Assembly: GCA_963769025.1 (NCBI GenBank)
Contig: CAVYKI010000009.1
Coordinates: 1,216,001-1,280,000, forward strand
Reading direction: 5' to 3'
Source: an uncultured Verrucomicrobiae bacterium
Lineage (GTDB): Bacteria > Verrucomicrobiota > Verrucomicrobiia > Chthoniobacterales > Chthoniobacteraceae
Length of the DNA: 64,000 nt
In this document: piece after piece, positions 56,080 to 64,000 of the stretch
How the letters are laid out: every line of letters begins with the position of its first letter
Position numbering within the stretch: position 1 is the first letter of the stretch
Notes under the pieces: generated by a model
The model's database searches: none
What the model was told of the DNA's origin: nothing
The model's input: the letters and a program-made list of their open reading frames with translations, nothing else
Translations under genes and position numbers: made by a program

Positions 56080-56317
56080 ATGATTTCCGTCAAACTCCTC
56101 GCCTTCGCACAAGCCGCCGACCGGCTCGGCTGGCGGGACATGCTGGTGGAATGCGCGCCCGGGGAGACGCCGCGGGAGATTATTGCCCGTGTCGCGCCGA
56201 ACTTTGATCCGGGCACGGTGCGCGTGGCGGTGAATTGCGAATATCTCGACCTGGGACGATGCCGTGGGGCCGATGGCTCAGGAGCTCGCGCTGCTGCCGC
56301 CGGTGAGCGGAGGCTGA
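56080..56317 (+). CDS. moaD: Molybdopterin synthase sulfur carrier; frameshift
   Basis: VKLLAFA, VAVNCEY, C-terminal ELALLPPVSGG*. Confidence 0.87.
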
Positions 56318-56319
56318 CG

Positions 56320-56697
56320 ATGGACAGCGAGGTCATTTTCACGTCGGAGCCGATCCGCGCGCCGGAAGGACGCGGCCTCGCGCGAGATTGGTGCGGTCGT
56401 GGAGTTTCACGGGATCGTGCGTGAGCTGGAAGGCGAGGGCAAAATCGCGGGGCTTTCCTACGAGGCTTACGAGCCGATGGCGCGGAGCGAGTTTGAGCGC
56501 ATCTTCGCGGAGCTTTCCGCGATGCATCCGGTCCAGTCGGTGCTCGTGATTCACCGCCTGGCGCCGTGCCGGTCGGTGAGGCGTCGCTGTTCGTGCGCGT
56601 CGAGGCGAAGCACCGCGGGCAGGCGCTGGCGTTTTGCGGGACGCTCGTCGACCGGATGAAAGAGGACGTGCCGATCTGGAAATCGCCGATGAGGTGA
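56320..56697 (+). CDS. moaE: Molybdopterin synthase catalytic subunit; frameshifts
   Basis: F.GIVR, L.YEAY..MA, HRL, HR..A, K..VPIWK. Confidence 0.87.
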
Positions 56698-56703
56698 GCG
56701 CTC

Positions 56704-56996
56704 TCACCGCTCGCGCAGCGAAGTGCGGCCTCCCCTCGCCTTCCGGAAGCGGTCGAACACTTCGTCGCAGCCGTCGGTCTTGAGCTGATGCACGATGCGG
56801 AGCAGTTCGCCGATGCGCCCGGCGGGCCAGCCTTTTTCTGGAACGCAGCACAGGTATTCGACCGGGAGGTCGAAGAGCGGCACGCCGTGCGGCGGGTAGT
56901 GCTCCGGGCTGTATTTTCCGAAGGGCATGAACGTCCCCGCGATGTCGCCGAGGTCAGCTGCCATCCAGTCGCGGAGATTTTCCTCAATGCGCTCAT
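56704..56996 (-). CDS. DUF3820-like small protein; frameshifts
   Basis: MPFGKY...G.PL.DLP.EYL...KG.P.G..G.LL......K..G. Confidence 0.7.
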
Positions 56997-57194
56997 GCGG
57001 ATGCCGGAGGGTAGTGCGGCTGCGTTGCCGGGCGATGCGAAATGTGCGCGGTGCTGACTTGCGAGAGGTGGCGACGCTTATGACCTTTCGGGAGGCGGCC
57101 ACCCGAAGGCCGGGGCTCGCCCTGATATGTCCAGGATGGCACTCATCTGGCTTGCTTCAGGGTCGAAAGGACATCCAGTGCCCGAATAGTCTTC

Positions 57195-59746
57195 ATGCCA
57201 ACTGTCAGCCCCATCAGCGGCTCCGTCACCGAGCAGTATGCAGACGTGCCGACGTCGCGCTTTGCCCGGATCTTCGAGGCAACGACCGATGTCGTGGCAA
57301 TGACGGACCGGGATGGGAAGCTCCTTTACCTGAATGCCGCCGGTCGGCGGCTTCTCGGTGTGCCGGACGACGGAGATTTCCGGGCACACGCTGCGTGACG
57401 TTCATCCGGAATGGGCGTATGAGATCCTCGTCCAGGAAGGTTTCCCTCCGCCCAGGCGAAAGGCTCATGGTCGGGGAGACCGCGCTGGTTTCGACATCGG
57501 GCGCGAGTATCCGGTGCTCCAGGCGGTGCTCTCACATCTCGGCGCGCAGGGGGAGGTGGAATTCGTTTCGACGATCTGCCGCGACATTTCGGATCACAAG
57601 CAAAGGGAACTTGAACGCATCGAATGGGCCAACCGTTACAATGCGGCGATTCGCGCGAGCGGCCAGGTCGTCTTCGACTGGGACACGCTCTCCGGCGAAA
57701 TTATGTATGGCGGTGACATGGAGAAGCTCCTTGGCTTTTCCGTTGCGGAAATGAGCGGCGGCATGGAGCGTCTGCGCCAGGAGATCCATCCGGAGGATCT
57801 GGCGTCATTCGATGAGCGCATCGAAGTGGCGACGATGACGCGCGATCCATTCGATCAACTTCCGCGCGAAGCGCAAGGGAGGCGGCGGAGATCATCATTC
57901 ACGCCCAGGGTTGCTTCTTTCTGGATCGCCGGGGCAGCTCGGCCGGATGGTCGGCTTCCTCAAGAACGTGACGAAGGAGCGGCTGGCCCAGAGGGCGATT
58001 CTGTGGCCGAACGAACGGCTCGACCAACGGGTGACGGAGCCGGACCGCGGAACTCGCGAAGGCAAATTTGGAATTGAAAATCGGCGCGCTCCGGCAGGCC
58101 GCCGTCTCAAGGCTCGGACAGCGGGCACTCGCTGGGCAGTCGCTGGGCGAGCTGATGCTTGATGCCGCCAGGACCGTCCAGGAAATGCTTCCGTCCGATT
58201 GCACTTCGATTCTCCAATACGACGAGAGCGATGGAATGTTCAAACCTCTCGCGGAACTCGGATGGGGCGACATCGGCACGACCCGAAGCCCGATACTTGG
58301 AGGCACCCAGTCCATGAGCGGCTACACCGTGCAGGTAGGCGAAGCCATTGTCGCGAACGATCTGCGCAAGAACACGCTTCCAGCTCTCCGCAGCCGCCAG
58401 CGCTTGCATGTCCAAAGCGGCATCACGGCTTGCATCAAGGCGGGCGACCGTCCCCTCGGGGTTCTTGAATCCTTCACTTTCACGCCGAGGGAATTTTCGC
58501 GCGATGATGTGAGTTTCGTGCAATCCATTGCGAATGTGCTGACGGCGGCGATTGACCGCCATCAGGCGGAGGAAAACATCCGCCGCGCGCGGGCGGATGC
58601 AGAATCGGCGAACCGCGCGAAGAGCGAGTTTCTCTCGCGGATGAGCCACGAATTACGCACGCCGCTGAACGCCATTCTCGGTTTCACGCAATTGCTCGAA
58701 ATGGAGGAGCACACCGGGAAACAGAGCGAGAGCATCGAGCACATTTCCCGCGCCGGACGGAATCTGCTCGATTTGATCAATGAGGTTCTCGACATCGCGC
58801 GGCTGGATGCCGGGCGAGTCCAATTCAATGTGGAGCCGGTGGATGTCTTCGAGGTGTTGCGGGAGAGGTTTCATTTTCCACCTCCAGTGCCGCGAAACGC
58901 AAGATCACGCTGCGCATCGCCGAGGCGTCGGGCGAAGTGCCGTTTGCTCTCAGCCGACCGCGAACGGCTCAGGCAGGTGCTGCTGAACCTGCTGTCCAAT
59001 GGAGTGAAGTTCAACCATGACGGCGGCAGCGTCACCTTCGCCGTGGCGCGGATCCATGCGGGCACATGGCGCATCAGCGTGACGGACACGGGCATGGGAA
59101 TCGCACAGGACAAACTCGCGCGCCTCTTTGTGCCGTTTGAGCGACTGGGCACGCGCGAAGGCGGCACCGAGGGCGGCACCGGCCTGGGGCTCGCACTGTG
59201 CCAGCGGCTGATCACCAGTTTCGGCGGACGCATCGGAGTGACAAGCACCGTTGGAATGGGCAGCACGTTCTGGGTGGAATTGCCCGTGGCGGAAATCGCC
59301 CCGGAGCCTCTTCCCCGGAGCCGTCCGCACCCTTGCATGCCGGGGTTGCGCCATTGATCCCGGCCGGCCGGTCCCCGGAAAGTCCTGTACATTGAGGATG
59401 ACGTGGCGAATTACTATCTGCTCGAAAGATTTCTGAGCACGCGCAAGGACATTGAACTCATCTCGGCTCTGCAAGGCGGCATCGGGATCGATCTCGCGCG
59501 TCAACATCGGCCCGCGCTGATTCTCCTGGATCTGAATCTCCCGGACATGAATGGCGAGCAGGTGCTGCAGAAGTTGAGGGCCGATCCCGCCACCGCGGAT
59601 CTCAACGTGGTGACGGTCACAGGTGAAATCCGGACCGAGCGGGACAAGGAACTGCAGAACTCGGCGTGATGGAGACGCTGGTGAAACCTTACAAACTGAC
59701 GGAAATCACCGCGCTGCTGGAGCGCTCGCTCGCCGGGAAAGGCTAG
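57195..59746 (+). CDS. Hybrid PAS/GAF sensor histidine kinase with receiver domain; frameshifts
   Basis: Y.NAAGRRLLG (PAS), IHPED, GAF segment, ANRAKSEFLSRMSHELRTPLNAILGF, DTG.GI, GTGLGL, LILLDLNLPDMNG. Confidence 0.88.
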
Positions 59747-59835
59747 CGCCGCCGCGCATGGCCCGGAACAGCAGGAGTGCCACACGCCCGGAGGAACGCG
59801 GCACCCGTTGAAGGAAGCACTGCTTTCAGTTTCGC

Positions 59836-60398
59836 CTAGAGACGATCCGCACACCCACACGAACGGCGAAGTTGTTGATGTCACCGCGGCCGAACGCTCG
59901 CCGTGATAGTTCCAGCGCCAGTGCAGAAGATGCCGACCTTGTTCGGGACGACCCGGTGTTCGATGCCGACGCCGCATCGCCGACGGCCAATTGGTCGCCT
60001 TCCGCCGCGACACCGCCGCCGACGAAGACGTCCGGGGCGGTGCAGATGCTGTCGATGGGGATCGGTAGGTGAGGCTCGCACTGAAGTTATCGATGGTCGT
60101 CCGGCCATCGTTGCCGAGTAGGGAGCCTCGCTCGCCGACAGCCACGCAGCGTCGGCACCGAGGCCGAGGTTGCGGGTGAAGAAGTAGTTCAGGCCGATGC
60201 CGCCGCCGCAGCCGTGGTCGCGGATCGGACCGGCATGGTGGTTGGAATTACCGTCATGTCTGGCCGAACATGTCCAGCTGAGCTCGCCGGCGCGGAAGCA
60301 CTCCTTCTCGTCGACGACGGTCGTTTTTGCTTTCAACCGTGCGCGTGACCGCAAAAGCAGTCCCACAATGCTGCGACGGCGGGTAGGATGGTTTTCAT
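59836..60398 (-). CDS. Secreted outer-membrane beta-barrel-like protein; heavily frameshifted
   Basis: A/C-rich leader, MKTIL signal, CFRAGELS, GGGIGLNYFFTRNLGLGAD, APDVF.GGG, GVGIE.R...VGIF alternating beta patterns. Confidence 0.6.
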
Positions 60399-60794
60399 TG
60401 GTGGTTTGCGTTGGTGTTGTGTTTGGGTTTTGAAGCGCTGATGCGCCAGCGGTGGTAATCGGGGCGGGCCATCCCCGTCGGTCGTCCTTTATTTTCGTCC
60501 TTTTTGAGTGCCCCAAGCTCGCCCCTGCCGCGGACGGGTAAAGGAGGCGATTTGCTCCCCGCCAGGCCTGCCGCCGTAGGTATTGACCCGATCGCCAACG
60601 CTGCCGCCATACGCAGGCTTGCGCCCTCAGCCTCACAGAATTGGCCAGACAGAGAGGACTGCGCAGAGTGCGCGAAAGGCGGAACGCGGCCCCGGCTTCT
60701 CTTACATCCGTGAATGGACGACGACGATTTTGTCTCCGTCGATGGAACCCCCGCGACATCAACAAGAAGCCAACCATCACCCCAAAAAAACCCC

Positions 60795-60985
60795 ATGAAA
60801 CTGCTCCTCCAAACCACTGCCCTGTCCCTCTCGCTGATTGCCGCCAGCTTCGCCACCGACGTGCGGAATACCAAAACCACGCGGATATCCCCACGCCAGG
60901 CGAGCCCATGGCCAAGCCTGTGAATCCCGACGCCGGCAAAGGCGTCACCACCAATGGCGTGCGAAACACGAAGACCAACAAGTAG
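60795..60985 (+). CDS. Small secreted peptide (frameshifted)
   Basis: A/C-rich leader then MKLLLQTTALSLSLIAASFA; internal repeat VRNTKT occurs twice (60861 and 60959). Confidence 0.45.
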
Positions 60986-61018
60986 GTTTTCGGCGAATAC
61001 CGTCGCCTCCGGGCAGTC

Positions 61019-61065
61019 GGAAGGCACCTTAAACGCGGGCGTCGCTCGCGGGTAAGGTGCCTTCC
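61019..61065 (+). terminator. Strong stem-loop, probable terminator
   Basis: Perfect 13-bp stem GGAAGGCACCTTA/TAAGGTGCCTTCC plus inner CGCGGGCG/CGCTCGCG; weak U-tail. Confidence 0.5.
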
Positions 61066-61349
61066 TGCATTTCAGGGCCACATCCGTAAGCGGACGGGAA
61101 CACGGAAAATTCTTCCTTCCCCTCTCCGCGACTCCCTCTTTCCTCCACCTTCTACCCCGTCTCCCCGCCCCCCGCCTCAATATCCGGGTTCTGTGCTGGT
61201 ATGGCGCGGCGTCCTTCCCAACTCCTCCAGTGAACGGCTTCCCTGCAAAAACCGCCTGTTTCCCGATGCCGGGAGGCCGCCTTTGCCGCTCGGGTTGCGG
61301 TTTCGGGCCGAAAATGGCGGTTTTCGCGGTCCCATTGCCGCCCCTGCCC

Positions 61350-61600
61350 GCGCCGGGGTGCCCATGAACGTCCCGGGGTGCCCATTCCCGGTCCCGGGGT
61401 GCTCCATCCGGCGGCGCGGGGTGTCCCATCGCGGCTCCATGGACGCCAGTCCCGCCGCCGGGGTGCTCCATGGGCCGGGCGGGGTGCTCACTACGCAGGC
61501 CGGGGAGGCGCACCGGCCCGGCGAGTGGGCACCCCCGCAGTGCCATGGGACACCCCGGCTCGCGGAGTGGACACCCCGGTCCGCGCACCCGGCACCCCCG
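61350..61600. repeat. Degenerate 21-bp phased array whose core motif inverts midway
   Basis: GGGGTG at ~61355, 61375, 61396, 61418, 61460, 61481; then CACCCC at 61530, 61551, 61572, 61593. Confidence 0.78.
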
Positions 61601-61752
61601 AGACGCCGGGCGGCCGCATCCCACGCGACGCCCGCCGAAGGACGCCCGCGACAACGCGGCAGCGAAGTCGGCGCAGTCCAGACCTCGCGGCGGAAGTGGC
61701 TGTCCCTCGGTTCTGCGTTGCGTTCGGCGCTGGCATCCGTCATTCGGCGTTG

Positions 61753-63356
61753 ATGCAACTCGAAGGACGTTCCCTGATCGCCGGCAAAGCCGCGCCCGCC
61801 AACACGAAGACTTTCCACGCCGTCTCGCCGCTCGACGGGACGCGGCTGGAACCGGAATTCCACGAGGCGAGCGCTGCCGATGTGGATCTCGCGCTGCGGC
61901 AGGCGGAGGATGCGTTCGGCATTTTCGGCCGGATGCCCGCGGCTGCGCGCGCGGATTTCCTCGACGACATCGCGGCGGAACTCATGGCGCTCGGCGACGA
62001 TCTGCTGCAGCGCGCGCATGTCGAATCCGGACTGCCGCTGGAGCGCTTCACGGGCGAGCGCGGCCGGGCGTGCGGGCAGTTCAAGACCTTCGCGACGCTC
62101 ATCCGCGAAGGCTCGTGGGTGGACGCGCGGATCGACACCGCGCTGCCGGAACGCCAGCCGCTCCCCCGCCCCGATCTCCGCCGGATGCTCGTGCCGCTGG
62201 GCCCGGTCGTGGTGCTCGGCGCGAGCAATTTCCCCCTCGCGTTTTCCACCGCGGGCGGTGACGTGGCCTCGGCGCTCGCCGCGGGCTGCCCGGTGATCGT
62301 GAAGGCGCACCCGGCGCATCCCGGGACCTCGGAACTCGTCGCGCGCGCCATTTATCGCGCGATGGAAACCTGCAAGGTCCCGCATGGCGTATTTTCGCTG
62401 CTGCACGGCACCGGCGCGGATGTCGCGCAGGAACTCGTCCGCCATCCGCTCACGCGCGCGCTCGGCTTCACCGGCTCGGAACGCGCAGGCCGCGCGCTCT
62501 TCGACGCCGCCGCGGCGCGGCTCGATCCCATTCCCGTGTTCGCCGAGATGGGCAGCACGAACCCGCTTTTCATCCTGCCTGCGCGCGCTGAAAAACCGCG
62601 GCGCGGCGATCGCCGCAGGGACTGAAGGCGGCGTTCACCATCGGCGTCGGCCAGTTCTGCACAAAGCCCGGAATCGTGTTCGCGCTCGGCGGGCCGGACT
62701 TCGATGCATTCATCGAGGAGTTCCGCACGCAGGTCGCGCAGCACGGTTCCCGGCACGATGCTGCACCGCGGGATTCTGCGACGCCTTCCACGCCGGCGTG
62801 GAGCGCGTGCAAAATGTGCCCGGCGTGCTCCCGGTCGCGGAATCCGCCACCGATGCGGACGAGACGAAGACGCAGGCCGAGCCGGTCGCGTTTGCGACGG
62901 ACGCGGAGACCTTTCTCCTCCACCGCGAACTGCGCGAGGAGGTCTTCGGGCCGTACACGCTGCTTGTCGCCGCGCGGACCGTCACGCGAGCTCATCGCCG
63001 CCGCGCACGCGCTGCCCGGCCAGCTCAGCGCGACGCTGCATGCCGACGGCACGGACCTTGGCGATTTCAACGACCTTGTCCGCATCCTCGAACGCAAGGC
63101 GGGCCGCGTCCTGCTGAACGGCTACTCGCCCGGCGTCGAGGTGTGCCCGGCGATGCAGCACGGCGGGCCCTACCCGGCGACGACGGATTCGCGTTTCACG
63201 AGCGTCGGCACCGCGGCCATCGCGCGCTGGGCGCGGCCGCTCTGCTGGCAGGGATTCCCCGCGGGCGGCCTGCCCGAGGCGCTCCGGAATGAAAACCCCA
63301 CCGGGATTTTGCGGACGGTCAATGGAACCCTGACGCGCGATCCGATCGCGGGGTGA
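61753..63356 (+). CDS. NADP-dependent aldehyde dehydrogenase (2,5-dioxovalerate / KGSADH type); frameshifts
   Basis: ESGLP..R..GE..R...Q, GPV.V.GASNFPLAFSTAGGD.ASALAAGCPV.VK.HP.HP, GFTGS, EMGS.NP, GQFCTKPG, EE.FGP, HGGPYPAT. Confidence 0.92.
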
Positions 63357-63404
63357 GAGCCTGCTTGCCATGCGGCCCTTCGCGGCCCTAAGCACCATCC
63401 CCTT

Positions 63405-63705
63405 ATGTTCAGTCACGTCGTCATCTTTTGGACCAAACCCGAAAACCCCAACGCACCCCGCCGAGCTGCTCGCCGGTGCGGAGAAATACCTGCGCCCGAT
63501 CCCGGGCGTGGTCAGCTTCCACGTCGGCAGGATGGTGACGAGCCCTCGCGCGGTGGTGGACCAGAGCTATCAGGTCGCGCTGAATCTGATTTTCGAGACG
63601 AAGCAGCAGCAGGACGACTACCAGGTGCATCCGCTGCACATCGATTTCGTGGAGAAGGTGTTCAAGCCGTGCTGCGCACGGGCGGTCATTTACGATTTCG
63701 AATAG
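63405..63705 (+). CDS. Dabb (stress-responsive A/B barrel) protein; frameshift
   Basis: MFSHVVIFW.K, L..IPGV...HVG, YQVHPLH..FV, IYDF. Confidence 0.85.
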
Positions 63706-63849
63706 GCGGCCCGGAAGCGTGCGGCGCCCGGTCCACGGCACTTGCTTTCCGCGCCCACGTGCGGAAACGTCCGCGCGCAATCGGCTGGCGCCGCGCCTGG
63801 GCCCCGGCGCGTTTCCTGCCATCGCCGGCCCGTGCCGCAACCATCATTC

Positions 63850-64000
63850 ATGAATTTTCCCGAAGCTGAGACGCTGACAAAACTCGCGCAGATCATCCTC
63901 ACGGACCTCGTGCTGGCCGGCGACAATGCGCTCGTCATCGCCCTGGCCACGCGCGCTCTGCCGACGAGGCAGCGGTTCTGGGGGCGGATCTTTGGCGCGG
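63850..64000 (+). CDS. TerC/YjbE family membrane protein, N-terminus (runs off window)
   Basis: QIIL.DLVLAGDNALVIALA.R.LP..QR. Confidence 0.85.
   Translation, partial: MNFPEAETLTKLAQIILTDLVLAGDNALVIALATRALPTRQRFWGRIFGA

Noticed and set aside
52720..56100. Moco riboswitch near the moa/moe genes
   Set aside because: Intergenic gaps are short and I could not identify the conserved riboswitch structure.

Overview
High-GC bacterial chromosomal DNA. Gene content (DUF1549/DUF1553 plus DUF1501 genes, sulfatase, ThuA/SGNH proteins, split pilB/pilT and pilC) suggests Verrucomicrobiota or another PVC-group organism (inference). Many clearly conserved genes are broken by 1-nt indels, most densely after ~47.8 kb, so frameshifts are treated as probable long-read errors and the coordinates of those genes are approximate. 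Backbone: pilT/pilB, arylsulfatase, tRNA-Gln(CTG), mfd-panC-nadB, pilC, purQ/purS, an aminotransferase plus glcD, lactate/glycolate permease, actP, dGTPase, two-component systems, a Moco biosynthesis cluster and an aldehyde dehydrogenase. The most interesting part is an accessory block at ~25.7-33.2 kb. It holds a VapBC-type pair and a large TIR-WD40x7-Roc-COR-like-Zn ribbon-DUF4365-like nuclease protein whose WD40 segment has markedly lower GC than the rest of the gene. Beside it is a module of a LuxR-type HTH gene, a 42-bp hairpin tandem array, a Trp-Asp leader, a helical/Fn3-like protein and a collagen/phage-fibre-like protein. Two further phased arrays (42 bp and 21 bp) flip orientation midway, and a palindromic element is inserted in frame inside mfd.
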